Shown here: positions 40,482 through 53,115 of the stretch, one piece after another
Numbering within the stretch: position 1 is the stretch's first letter
How the letters are laid out: each line of letters begins with the position of its first letter
From: Eutreptiella sp. 'Long Island Sound 2002'
Taxonomy: Eukaryota; Protista; Euglenida
Assembly (NCBI GenBank): GCA_964036045.1
Contig: OZ038378.1
Location: 10,168,001-10,232,000 of the forward strand
Reading direction: 5' to 3'
DNA length: 64,000 nucleotides
Notes under the pieces: generated by a model
What the model saw: only the letters and a program-made list of their open reading frames with translations
What the model was told of the DNA's origin: nothing
The model's database searches: none
Position numbers and translations under genes: made by a program

Positions 40482-40787
40482 GGCCGTCGCCACCCCCTGT
40501 CGTCGCCGCCTGGCTCCGCTTTGCACCTGCCCGCGCGTCAGCTGCTGCGCCGGGGGCCGTCGGACAAGTACAGGCCGATGGATGAGGAGGGCAAGCACGA
40601 GGACTCCGAGAGCGACGCCACCAGCCCCGACCGGCCCTTCATGAGGCTGCATGACTCCACAAGGCATATGCGGCGGGTGGGCAGCGGTCCCAACTGGATG
40701 CAGAGCCGCGCCCGTGAGCCCCAGCAGCCGCAGTCACACCAGATGCAGGATGCAGCAAAGCTGCAGGACATGTCGGATGACGAGTAG
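40482..40787 (+). CDS. Cyclase gene exon 20: terminal exon
   Basis: Acceptor actcgtcag|GGC; ends ...QDMSDDE-TAG. Confidence 0.65.
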   Translation, partial: GRRHPLSSPPGSALHLPARQLLRRGPSDKYRPMDEEGKHEDSESDATSPDRPFMRLHDSTRHMRRVGSGPNWMQSRAREPQQPQSHQMQDAAKLQDMSDDE

Positions 40788-41740
40788 AGCGCGGCGGGAC
40801 GGGGCGGGTGCTGCAGCCACAGGGACTGCAACCCCCCGTGCGTACGGCCTGTCTGACCATCCAAAGCCAATCGGGGCACAGCCTCATCGGGCCTCAGCGG
40901 TGACTGTGAGGGATCAAACCAGACCTGTGACATCTCTGCCAATGCATTGCCCTAAACATTGCTTTTCGCCATGTACTTATACTCCCTCACCCCCTTGTGC
41001 CAGCGCGGCATTGTCTACGCACATCGGCCGTGTATGACCGTCGTCGCTCAGGGATGGAACGCAACATGTTTGTTTGAAGAACCACTGCTGCTCATGACAA
41101 CACTCCGCTGGAAACCGCAGCCCACTTCCGTTTGTTTGGATGTGATTTTCAGTTTTCAGTGGATGTTACTGCACATGCCCCACGGGTGATGGGGTGTGTG
41201 TAATCCCCGTCTTTCTGACGGCCATTCCCCCTGATTGAAGCTGCGCTTGTCCCAAGGCTTGGTGGCGGACTTTGTACCCCTCCCTGGCCCTGTGTCACAC
41301 AGCCAAGCATGTGCAGCCGCAGCATGCCGCAGCATGCCGCAGCACCCGTTTTTTGGAGCTGCACATAGGGGTTTGGAAGCAGCATGCCGTAGCATGCCGC
41401 AGCATGCCGCAGCATCCAATTTTTTGAGTTCATGTGTCTGTCTGCCTGCTCCTGCTCTGTTTGCACGGGAGACATTCTGCCTGCCCCATGTCTCCCCAGT
41501 TTGTTTTTATTTGTCTTGTCATGAGTCAGTCATCTGCACCAACAACATCCAGTCAACAGTCAACACCAAGCACACCACTTTCCCAATCAGAAAATCCTGC
41601 TGGGGAATGGGAACGTCAACCTGGCACACATGCACGCAAGGCTGCACTACAGCCCCCACCCATTTGTGTGGAGGCACCACCACAGCCAAACCCCACGATC
41701 AGTGTCAACGTCCCACAGCCAGAACCAGCTGAACCTGAGT

Positions 41741-41920
41741 GCAGCCAAAAAAGACGATTTTCCTACGTTGAGTAGCATTGCTGTTTTCTTTGTCCGACGA
41801 CCACGCTCTGCTTGCCATGTTGAGCGAATGTTCATTTTGATGGGCCACATCCAGACAAAGGACCGTTTGCATATGGGCAACAACACTTTGCGCCATTTGG
41901 CTATGATGTATGTCAACAAA
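41741..41920 (+). pseudogene. hAT transposase C-terminal dimerisation-domain remnant
   Basis: KKDDFPTLSSIAVFFVRRPRSACHVERMFILMGHIQTKDRLHMGNNTLRHLAMMYVN fits the hAT dimerisation pattern FPxLxxIA...S...ERxFS..G...T..R..L...L..L. Flanked by (GCATGCCGCA)n repeats at ~41310-41415 and ~42036-42058. Confidence 0.65.
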
Positions 41921-43422
41921 CCCACTACAGACGATCCGGATGGTGAAAGTGATTAATTCGGCCCAACAACGTTGTCTCTTGTTTGTGAGTTCAATTTCCC
42001 ACAGATGCGTAGGTACCCACATGTGCAGGTAGAAGCATGCCGCAGCATGCCGCAGCATAAGAAATTTTTCCGAGGGACCGCACATGCTTGCACACAGCCT
42101 CGCAGCCCTGAGTTGGGCTCAGGGTGAGGCCTGCTTCCCGCCGGCAGAGCGGCAGATGCCACAAAGGCAGAAGGGCTGCAGATGTGCGCGGCAGTACTGC
42201 CGCGCCACTCTCCCCCACACCACTCAATCCTCGACCCCCCCCCCCACCCCCACCCCCCCCTCCGATGCTTCGTGCATACGCATGACACGGCAGGGGCCTA
42301 CACGCTCCGTTGCGAAGCCGCCTCCTTCTCCCGTGAAGGACAACGCCAACGGGGCAATCTGATGAGTCCAATGGCACCCGTTTCGACAGGACATTGGCCG
42401 TGGTGTTGCTGTCAGCGGGTATCCGCTGGTGGGGGGGGGGGGGCGGTCCACCAGCGTTCGTGGTGCTGCATGTCATGAGACGATTGGTTTCGCTTTGATG
42501 TGGTTTGGCCGGCGGTCCATTGCAACCCGGGGGAGGGGGCCCTCCAAGCCTGTCCGAATAAAGGGGTGGGGGGTGTAGCAAATAGGCTCGAAGGGGCAAG
42601 CTTTCAGGTCTTCCATAATGATGTATTCCCGCAAGGTCTGGATGAGGGCAAAGGCACCGAACACACAGAATTCTTTTTTTAGGGTGCAGCGGAAAGGGGC
42701 AGTGCCCTCCCCCAATTAGGGGTGGGGGTTTGGAACCAGTCCCAACTAGGGGGCACTACTGATTTGAGGTATGATCCGTCAGATCCCTGTGGAATGTGGA
42801 TTGGCAGCGTGTGGGGTCATTTTGGTGGGCCCAGCCCCGGGGGGCGTTGTTGGGAAATAGGCTTGGAGCCCCCCCCCCCCCCCCCGAGTTGCAAAGGATC
42901 CCGGGCCTTGTAAATTAAGAAAGAGTCAAGCGCCATGAGGCACGGGGCAACGACATCCTACAGCACCCACATTCCATGGCAACACGGGTGCGCACACATG
43001 GGCACTGAAGGCGCCAACCAGTCCCAATTGTCAGCTGCTTTGGAAAAGTGTCGGGGAGAGGGAGGCAGGGGGGGGGGTCCTCCTTCCACATTTTCTAGAG
43101 AGAATTGTGGCAATGACCATATGCCTGTGACACGGGGGTATATGCGAGCTCTGTATCCGTTGCTTCATGGCTATGTGCACAAGCACGGACACATTTGTTG
43201 TTGTTCTTGTTCTTGTTGTTTAGCATACCCACGTACTCGGCAGCGTCCGAATGAGGTACGTGTTAGCACCACGGTTTAGAATGGCGTGGTTTGCAGTTGT
43301 CAATAGGGTTTCAGTGATGAGCTGGTTCGGATTGCGGGTTCGTGTTGGTGAAGTAGAGGACCAATCGTTGTCGGGTTTCCCGCTTAGAGCTCTGGCGATA
43401 TGGATGCGGGGTAGCGTTAGGG

Positions 43423-43952
43423 CACCGTAAACCTCCCCCCTGAAAGTAAGACCGGGGGTCTTACTTTCAGTCCGGCTGGTCCTGGGTCCCAAGAGGGGTC
43501 TTACTTTTGGGGGGGGTCTTACTTTTGGGTTCATCCACTTTGCTGTCACTTCACCTTTCCCGACACAGAAAATGTCTGAGCCCATGCTTTTAGACGACCT
43601 GCAGCTGGAGGAAACTGACACCATTGACGAGGTAGAGTCATCTGATGACTCAGAATTTGAAGTTGTTGAGGCTCCTGTGAATGATGAAGAGCCTGAACAG
43701 CCTGAGGAATCACCTAGTGTGATGGAGTGTGATGCAGAAACCTATCACCTCGTGGTTCAAATCTCAGTAAATATGTGACGGATGATTGTGGATTGTATGA
43801 GTGGTAGACCAAAATGTGTTGCTGCCGTGCATGTGCCACTAAGGGGGTCTTACTTTTGGGACGGCTGGTCCTGAGCCTGCAAGGGGGTCTTACTTTTGGG
43901 GGGGTCTTACTTTTGGGGCGGGGTCTTACTTTCGGGGGGGAGGTTTAAGCTG
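43423..43952. mobile_element. TIR-bounded non-autonomous DNA transposon relic (Tc2/pogo-like termini), ~530 bp
   Basis: 31-bp inverted termini matching at 28/31 (caccgtaaacctcccccctgaaagtaagacc vs reverse complement of 43922-43952). Multiple subterminal GGGGTCTTACTTT repeats. Internal acidic ORF remnant 43572-43778. Superfamily is inferred; no TA TSD is intact. Confidence 0.7.
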
Positions 43953-46900
43953 TGTGCACTTCGTCCCCTCGACCGGAACCTCCCTCCCCACATCCCCTGA
44001 GACAACCGATGTGTCCTTAAATGCAATTACACCGAGTCGCATCTCCGCTTCCTCATCCTTCGTTCCTGACGTGTAGGTGTCAGGGGAGAGGCAGTGCCTC
44101 CCTCTTTGTTGCTGATAGACGTTCGCTTCATTGTCTCTCCACAGTGTTGTGGTGGCGATGGCTTCCAATTGATGGTTGATGATAGAGTCCGACGTGGACC
44201 AGGGGCCAGGGGATGTAGTGCGCTCTGATGGATCTTGTGGAGGGACTGCATGCCCTGCATCAGCCATGTGTGCTCGGCTGCAGTGGTCGCCAATGTTTGT
44301 GTGGGGCAGGGACCGCAGTGCAAGTGCATCACATCTGCAGCTCTTGGGTACGAAAGCCCGGGTCGGTTTGGTTTGCCTGCTGCTCTGCAACAGCACACGT
44401 GATGGAGGGGCAGGGCGTAGGACTCGCTCCTCCCGCCACCCCGCGGTGCCCGGACAGGGATGAGGATACAGCACCCTGGCTTTGATCCAGACCTGGGCCT
44501 GTCGCTGATCCTTGACCTACTTTGTGAACGCTCAGCGGACACTTGGTGGAACTTTGGCCACGAGTTAAAAAACAAAGGCAGCACAGGTGACACCATCAGA
44601 ATGTGTTTCCCATGCGTTATTTTGGCGTGTTCAAAAAAGTGCTGGACGAGAAGAGAGAGGCGGTCAACCAACACCCGCCGTCGATGCACTGCTATCTGCG
44701 GATGATCAATCGCCTATCGGCAATCGGTTAATCGTCAACTGCCTCTCGTAAAACGCCAAATGCTGCCTAATCAAATGCCAAACAGTCAAACCATCTCTTT
44801 TTGCTGTTTCTTCTTCAAAGCTGTTGCACCGCCCGTGCGGTTGCGCAACTGGCGGTGCACTTTTTTTTTTTTGGCGCGACACGCTGCGCGCGTCTGCTGC
44901 CTATGTAGAGGGTAGGGTCTGGAGAGTGGTCTGCATCGTCTCATCCAGCGGTGCGGAGGGCGTGGGTAGAAGGTGGAGGGAGATGGAGGGTGTGGTACAG
45001 CAGGTCTGGTGCTGTGGCAACAGGTCCTGCGGTGTGGCTGGCTGGGGTTTTGTGAAGAGACCCAAGTGTCCAGTATGATCCCCTTCGAGCCCCTCCCCTG
45101 TCCCAGCCCTTCCCGTTGTGCCCCCCCCCCCCTCCCCTTGCACAGACCCCGCGCGGGAGGGGTGGGGGGGGGGGCGTCACTTGCACATTTCCCCCAAACA
45201 ACCAGCACCCTAAAGCCTGTAGGCCACAACAGCAAGCACCCAGGAGAACGGTGCCAAGCCTCGTGGGGCCGGGGGGCCACCGTCATTTGGTGACAGTTCC
45301 CCACGGGGATGGGGGAAACCTTCCCGCATACTGGAGGGGATTATTCAAGGGGCTGAGGAGGTTGGGGAGTGCGTGCCCCACCCTTCTCCTTACCCCCCCC
45401 CACACCCCCCTCCTATGTCCAAGCCACCAGGGGACACTCGCCTTGATACTTTTGGACACACTGCTCGCCTCGGCAAACCCCCCAGTTTTTTCCATTGACC
45501 ATCAACATCCCGCAAAATGGTCTGCCCAACATCCACCACACTGACTGGCGCATGGAACGTGCATGTGGAAAGTGTGAAGTCGCACATGGTACAGCTTTCT
45601 CGTCCACAACGACAATAGACGCCCATGTTTCTGTGCATCTGCCTTGATGCCTTGGTTCACCAAGTCTTTAATACACTCAAGTGCACCAAAAAAACACCAG
45701 ACTAGGGCCGGCGCTCTGGCCCATGTACGTCAATGGAGAAAATGCTGTAGACACCAACAGTGAGGACAGCGAGTGACACTAGCGCTTCTACTTCAGTTCC
45801 TCCTCGGTGTCCAGCTCATCTTCTGATTTGTCCACAAGCTCCGTTGGCATTTCCGTTGTAGGAACAGGACACACCGAGAAGTATAGCAAGATTGCAAGTC
45901 CCCCCCCCCTTTTTTTATGCATGGGGGTCGCCCCCCGGCAAGCATTACTCAAAGTGGTCCCTTTTTCCCAAGTCCCAAAGGTGTCATCTTCTCCCCCCTC
46001 TGATTTTTTTTTGACCCCCCAAAATGAGGTGAAACAGCAGTGTGTTGGAAATTACCAAAGTGAATGTCGCCTGCAAGCCACCACACGTGTGAGCCCACTG
46101 TGCTCAAGGGGCGGTATGGCTTTGGTGCTTCATGTGCTTTGGTACCTTGTGAGGTCAAGGCCAAAGATTTGTGTGCGGTGATCTTTTGACACACGTCGTG
46201 CAATGGTCTGCATTATGCACAGCCAAAGCGCCCCATTGGAGAATGTTTTGAGGGCCCCGCTACCCCCTCCCCGGCAAACAACTGCACAGCTCCCCTTTCC
46301 CAGAGCGGAAGCCCCACTACCCACTGTCTTGATTGGGTACCTGCGGTGGGCTTGGGGGGGGGGGGTACTACCTTCAGTCCTGTAGTGTTTCTGTTCAGTC
46401 AGGCGTCAGTGTTCAACAAGAAATGGGGCGGTTTTCAATGAACAGCTCCGAATTTGTGCCCGTTCAACCGACATGACCTGGCCTACCATCCATTCCCTCG
46501 GAAACTTTTGTTCGGCCCTGTGAACTGGCGACCGGATGTCCCTCGTTTCCATTTCCCTCCCTCTATCCCTGCTCCTGCCTTTTCCCTATCTCACCCGTGT
46601 GCCCCTACCCCTGACTGATGCTGGGTCAATGGTGGGCTTGTCGGCATCCTGTGTGTCCCCTCCGTGGGTATGTGGGGTCGCAGTGACATCACCAAAAGGC
46701 CCGCGTCTGCCCCGAAACCGATCTTCCGTGTTGCTGTGCGCTTTCGCCATCCCAGTGCCCTGGGGCGTGGCCCTTGCATCGGACGCCTGTGTCCCCTACT
46801 GGAGGGTCTGCACTGCTGGAACTGCTGGAAGAGCACTCCAGACCTCGCGCCCATCGGCCTAGTGCTTCATGGCGGCCCGACCCAGTCCCTTCCAGGGGAT

Positions 46901-48702
46901 GCTGGATTGAGCTGACAGGGGGATTGGAACATAGCATATGGCCTGGTGCTTCAGGGCACTGTGCTGATGGATGGCAGGGGGTCACCCAAAAGCCTCCAGG
47001 GGACAGGGACATGGCGAATAAAGCAAAACCCGAATGTTTCCGTGACAACAAATCTGTGGTAAACCCTGGTGAAAAACGTGGGCTAATCTTGAGGTTGGAA
47101 CAACAACAAACCTTGACACCAGCAACCCTCTGAGGTGCCATAGCACACTCCACAAGTGCCAATTATACCCTGCTCCAAAAGATCTCCAGGGGACACCATG
47201 TTGAGGGCGTCTGAGAGGAGACCATTGGGCTTGGTTTTTAGTCCAAAGCCGGGCACAGTGCATGCGCTGTGCGCCGTGTGGATGCACCCTCCAAAGGCAT
47301 TTGCTCGTGTAAAGTCACAAAACCAAGAAGCCAGTGACAAACCTGTGGTAGTGATGCAGTTGGGACTGGGACCTGCACACTGCCTGCCTGCCCTCCTGCC
47401 TTGTATCCATGCGCATGCTGTGCAGAGGTGACTACTGCAGGCCAAGTAGGGCATCCAAAGGCACAGTGCAGGGATCCTCAAGCTCCCACACCACCCAGGT
47501 GGCGTCCACTGTGCAGTACGGTGCTGTGCCTGACATTCTGGTATTGTACCAACATTGTAGCAATGCTGTCTGAGTAATGGACCAGCATGCTGCGGTTTGT
47601 AGTAGTGCTGCATTAGTGCCATGCAAGTCGTGTACTATTTCGACCCTGGCACTGTAGGGGGCGCAGGTCCCAGCAAAGTCGCACCAACTGAATAGGGCTG
47701 TGGGCAAACAGCCCCTTGGTTCCTTTGCAAACACCCACTTGGTTCCTTTGAGCCACCACCTGATTGCTTCCAACAACTCCGCCCATAAAACTGGTTTGAC
47801 GCTGCACGTCCCCTAAGGCATCAGATGTCGTCACTCTGAGTACCACGTTCTATGTTGTATGTGTGCTGTTGTCCCATGTAAACAGAGCAACTGGCATCGG
47901 TGCTTGCTTGTGGCAATTTCTGGGCATTCACCGTTGCTTGGACGGGCGGGGGGGGTGCCAGCCTCCCCTGCAAAGCAGAACTGGTGTGATGCTCCAAAAC
48001 ACCAGTATTGCTGGATGCCATTGCTCGACCGCTCTGGGGACCGTATGTTCTCTCGTGTGTATGTCATTGTTCCTCATCCTCATCCTCAAACGGACCTGAC
48101 AAAAGGGTGTCGCTGACATCCAGAGCCACCTCATGCCGATCAGCATGTCCCAGTGGAGACATGACCTGCCCTCTGTGGGCTCACTAGTTCATCAGGACCA
48201 CCGAGGGCCGAAGCATCTGCAGAGCTTCCCAACTGCTTGCCGCAGTTCAACTGGCTGTAAGGCGTGGCGTGCATATGCCATTGCTACTGTAGATACTGTA
48301 GATAGCCAGGGTCAAGCCCCGCGGCTTGCGTGGACACACCCTGTGAGGCTGCTCTACCACACCGTCTGAACTGACATTTGATCCAGGACTATCTCGAGGG
48401 CACCCTTGGGCACAGGATGCGCCAGATTGAAGCTCAAAAACGTATCGCAGGTTGGACGAATGTGCTCGTCCATCCCCCCCCCCCAACAATCCCCTTCTCT
48501 TATGCCATGCCAAATGCTGGGTTACCTTGGGCAGTGGGTCACGTTCATTTCGAAGTATACATTTGAGATGTTTTCTTTGGGAATTGGCCCATGTCCCTGG
48601 GAGCCTGGCACGCCGGGCCTTGAGAGGGAGGGTTTCTCCCCGCTTCGCCTTCTCACACTGGGCTCCCTGCTCAACACGCTGTTCACGCGCATGCAGTGTT
48701 GA

Positions 48703-49465
48703 GTAGGCCAGGGCAATTCTCGCCATCTCCGGCATGGTCGCCGGCGGTGACTTCCAGTTGGCACTCAGTGCGGCACGTGTCCCCAGAGCATTGGTCGCCC
48801 GCATGCACACCAGGGGGGGGGTCTGACCGACAGCAGGATTCACCTCACCTGCCCCCCGTCCTGCTGGCGCCCCTATTTGAGAGCGCCATGTCTACCCCGC
48901 GAAGGGACAGCACTCAGAGTGCGTCTGATGAGGACGTGCAACAATATGCCGTCCGGTGTTCTACCCCCCCCGATCTGCCCCCCACCCTGCTGGCGCCACT
49001 TTTTGAGAGCGTGATGTCTGCCTCACGAGCGGGCAGCACTCATCGTGAGTGCGATGAGGACGTGGGTCAGTACGAAGTCCAGTACTCTACCCCACCCTCC
49101 GTGGGGGAGTGGCCCCCTAACCCCTTTACCTTTCCCTCTCTTCGCGGAGCACAGCGTCTCTGCACGGAATTGCCTGGCATGGCCCGACAGGGCCAGGGAT
49201 GGGTTCGTGACCCCCATGCACGACACTCCACCATGCTGTACAGCATGCAGGAGGGTGCTCTGTCTTCCAACAGCGCGGAGGGGCTCATGAAGCATGGACG
49301 GGCCTCACGTGAGGCAACCTAAAGGACGGAGGGGGGAGCCTCTTGTCATACAGGGCGGCAGCTCTCCAGAAACCCGCGCAATTTGCCCCTTGGGTGAGTT
49401 TGGGGGCTGGAATGGGTAGAAGCCCCATGGACTATTGCTCCTTAATATGATTTCCTTCCTTCCTT
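48703..49465 (+). mobile_element. 5'-truncated copy A of the non-LTR retrotransposon (~760 bp of 3' end)
   Basis: Matches ~61056-61817 with about a dozen substitutions counted by eye. Ends in (TTCC)n. Flanked by a 37-bp perfect direct repeat (48666-48702 / 49466-49502). Confidence 0.95.
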
Positions 49466-50637
49466 CCTGCTCAACACGCTGTTCACGCGCATGCAGTGTT
49501 GACCGCACCTGTTCAACCCATCCCAATCCTGCTCGTCGCGCAGACACACGCAGAGCATGTGCCATCAACAGCCATCAGGTGTGTGTCTCGGACTGACGGC
49601 GAGGGCGGCTGCAAAGTATGGGCCGGGGAACAGTATGGCAAAGCATGGGCCGTAACCCTGCTTGTGTTCTTCCTTCCTCCCCCGTCTTCTTTTGTATGTC
49701 ACCATCCCCACTCAGCCTAAGGTGGAATTGGACTAGCAGTGCTCTCAGTCCCATATGGAATAGTGACCAGCTATGCACCCCTCTCTGGTACTGATATTGT
49801 ATACAATGCAACCCGCTGATTCATCTCAGCCTTCGGTCTTCACACCGCTCTCTTTTTCAGCCTACAGCCATTGTGCCTCCTGCACACTGGGAAGCCTACG
49901 GGCGTGGCAGTCTTCCACTGCATAACCTGGTTTCAGACTCAGCTGATCCTCACTACATGTCAGATCCGCTACCACAGCCATTGTGGGGTCATCGTAGCAC
50001 TGGACAGCTCTGAACCTTGATTCCGAGTCCCGTAAAGTGAGCAGGCTACGCCAGCTCATCTTGGTCTGAGCCAACAAACAAATGTGGGCCAGGGAACAGC
50101 ACACGCCACAAAGCTGCGTTGGGATGATGCCTCCGAAATCGCCACGGCTGGCCGCAGCTGGGCCAAAAATTTCGGAACCAAAAACGATTTTTTTTGGCTC
50201 GAAATCCAAAAATTCCAAAAGTTTCATGCTTTTGAGCAAAAATGAAGAGGACAAATTTTTTCTGGCGCGCAGGCACCCAAAGAAGCAACCGGTTGCGCAT
50301 GCAGCCCCCACATTGGCATTCTTCTTGCACAGACACACACTGTGCACCATGCAGCTGTCCCTCAGCCAAGCACTGCGCTGTCAGCATTCCGGCACGCCTT
50401 GAGACTCTGACAGCCGGGAGCACCCAACCCAGTCGAGTCGCACAGGGACAATTGCGCTGACCGTGGGTCTGGGCGTCCGGGGGAGGGTCGACCCAAACCC
50501 AAACCCAAACCGAAACCCCCCCCCCCTGCTCCCAAGGACCATTGTTCCCCCCTGCTCCCAAAGGATGCCTCCAGCCAACAGTCATTCGTCTCTCTTTGAG
50601 GCGCCTTGCCAAAGGCAATAGAATTTATTGGGGTGCA

Positions 50638-51350
50638 GTCACGTCCAACACGTTCAAGTACAAGCGCGGCGTGGCTCTCACTCAGATGATGACAGGATCT
50701 TTCAGCCCTCGACTGTTCCCCCCCGTTGCATGTGTCGAGAAATGTCCCTCAGGGACTGCGGCCATCTCATTGGTTCAACATGTGTGCGAGTGTGGTGGGT
50801 GTGTGGCATAGAAAGGAAGTCTCTCACCGCATCAATTGCATTGCATTGGGATCTCCCAGGGTTGATGATGTAACTGTTGCATTGCCTCACAATCTGCACG
50901 TCCAAGTACAGGCTCTTGCTCAGGTGACCTTGTCAGGCTGACCACAGCACATCACGGCTCAAGTGACTTTTGCGTCAAGGGCCTATGAGCCTGGCAGGCA
51001 AAAAGTGAGGGGCGGATTGCATGCTGCTGGTGTGGCGGCGCCCAAGAGTACTGGTGGCGCGCAGGGTCGGTTTCTCTGAGAGGCATTGGACACCCCCCCC
51101 CCCCCCCCAAACCTCCACAGAGGGTACAGCGATCCGGTATGTCTAGTGGATCTGAAGGAATCGGTGTTGTCGACAGCACCTGGAGGCTCTGCTGGATCTG
51201 CTGGACCTCGAGAATTGCCCACTGTATGGGCCCCTTTATATAAAGCCTCATCGCCTGCTGTGCACAGCTGCACACTGCTGCTGGGCAAGGCAATGGAAGG
51301 TCGGGCTGCTGGACTGCTGATGCCCTTCACCACTGCTACTCTGATCTATG
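50638..51350 (+). pseudogene. Highly decayed LINE RT remnant (older family)
   Basis: Scattered motif-like peptides in different frames: VTSNTFKYKRGV (like F...RGVxQG), VDDVTVAL (like YADD), EGRAAGLL...TLIYV (like post-RT GRxxL...Y). Motif resemblance only. Confidence 0.35.
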
Positions 51351-52800
51351 TTCAATGTGACAGCCGCGTGTCCAGGCGGCAGCGGTGGTCATTGCTGAGC
51401 CCACCGCTTTCCCTGTGCCTTTCCAATGGGTCGCAGTCGAAATGATGAATCGCACCGAAAATGGGGAAAAGAAGTAATGAAGCGAAGCAACAGGGCAGTA
51501 GTGTGCTGCTGCGTGCAGTGTGACCAGTGCCCGATGCTCCAAAAGATGCGACATTCTTCCAGGACTTGGGTACTTGGTACTTGGGAGCACTGAGTCAGCC
51601 CCCCCCCCCCCCCAAAAAAAATTGAAAGAAATGAAAATGGCCAAACAAAATGCTGTGTCTTCGGCCCCAATGTGAGACATTGGATGGCTTCAGTGTCCCA
51701 GCGGTTTGTGCAATTTTCGCACTTTGGGGTTTGTGATGCCCCTGACAGATCACCATTTCCTGATAGCTGCTGGGTTTTGCTCTGTCTTGGCGTTGAACAA
51801 AACTGCAGTGAATTGCCTGCCTTCAGTGTGTACAGCGTTTTGTTGGCATGTCACCCCCTCTTGTTTTGCGCAATTTGAGTGCTCCACAAGAGCCCCAAGG
51901 TCACGATGCTGGTTTTTGAGCACGGAAAGGTCGTAGATGACACAGTGAATGCCCTCTCTGTCGTCCCTGCGGTAGTGTAGCCATACTACATTTCTTTATG
52001 ACATCTGTTGCATCAGTCTTGTGTTGTTTATTGTGTCTCATTTGTTGTGCCGTGCCATGCACATAGCACTCCTGTGCCTGGCACCAGCAGGGGACACCGG
52101 TGCTGCGGTGATGAGGAAATATTCTACTCTAATCTACAAAAGGGCACCCTGCACCCAGCCACAAAGCGCAGGGGGTACTCAGGTGGTGGATGGTCTCTTT
52201 TAAATTTTGGATTTAGTTGCTGTTTCAACAATTTTGAGAGCACGGAAAACAAAAAAGGGTGTGTGTGTGGGGGGGGGGGGGGGGGGCGTTCCACAACTGC
52301 TGGTCGGGTGCAGTTGGGTGTTGTGTAGTACAAACTGTGTCCAGTGCCATATCTTTTGTGTGAGGATACCAATACAACATTCACAATTCGAAGTATCAAA
52401 TGGCACTGCCAACACCGGACCAAATACCGTGTCCGTGTGTACCTGGTGCAGCCAGCCCCCGAAACATTCAATTCATGCACATTTCGAAATGCCTAAGTGG
52501 GCGCGGTGTGCGTAGGGTGCGTGCAGTGCTTAACCCCCCTAAGTGGACTGCATGTACCCTTGATTGGCACAACAATCGTGAGCAGACCTTTGCAACAGTG
52601 TGCTCCTCGTGATGAAGCCAGCAGGGTGAGCAGAGCATCAGTGCATGGTGCTGGCACATGCCAATTTCCAAGACGGGCTTGGGTCCTCACTGTGGCTGGC
52701 ACCCTGGAGGCACAGTAACGATCGGCCTATTGGGGCTTCTGGGTGACTGCACAGTGTAGGGGTCCATGATCAGCAAAATCTTGGCAATGCTTGGTGATAG

Positions 52801-53068
52801 GGCCAGGGATGGGTTCGTGACCCCCATGCACGACACTCCACCATGCTGTACAGCATGCAGGAAGGTGCTCTGTCTTCCAACAGCGCGGAGGGGCTCATGA
52901 AGCATGGACGGGCCTCACGTGAGGCAACCTAAAGGACGGAGGGGGGAGCCTCTTGTCATACAGGGCGGCAGCTCTCCAGAAACCCGCGCGACTTGCCCCT
53001 TGGGTGAGTCTGGGGGCTGGAATGGGTAGAAGCCCCATGGACTATTGCTCCTTAATATGATTTCCTTC
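52801..53068 (+). mobile_element. 5'-truncated copy B of the non-LTR retrotransposon (~270 bp of 3' end)
   Basis: Near-identical to the 3' end of the full-length copy (1 difference seen). (TTCC)n tail. 21-bp direct repeat CTTGGCAATGCTTGGTGATAG (52780-52800 / 53069-53089). Confidence 0.95.
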
Positions 53069-53115
53069 CTTGGCAATGCTTGGTGATAGAGGTTCGTTGG
53101 TGTGCGCATTCAAGG

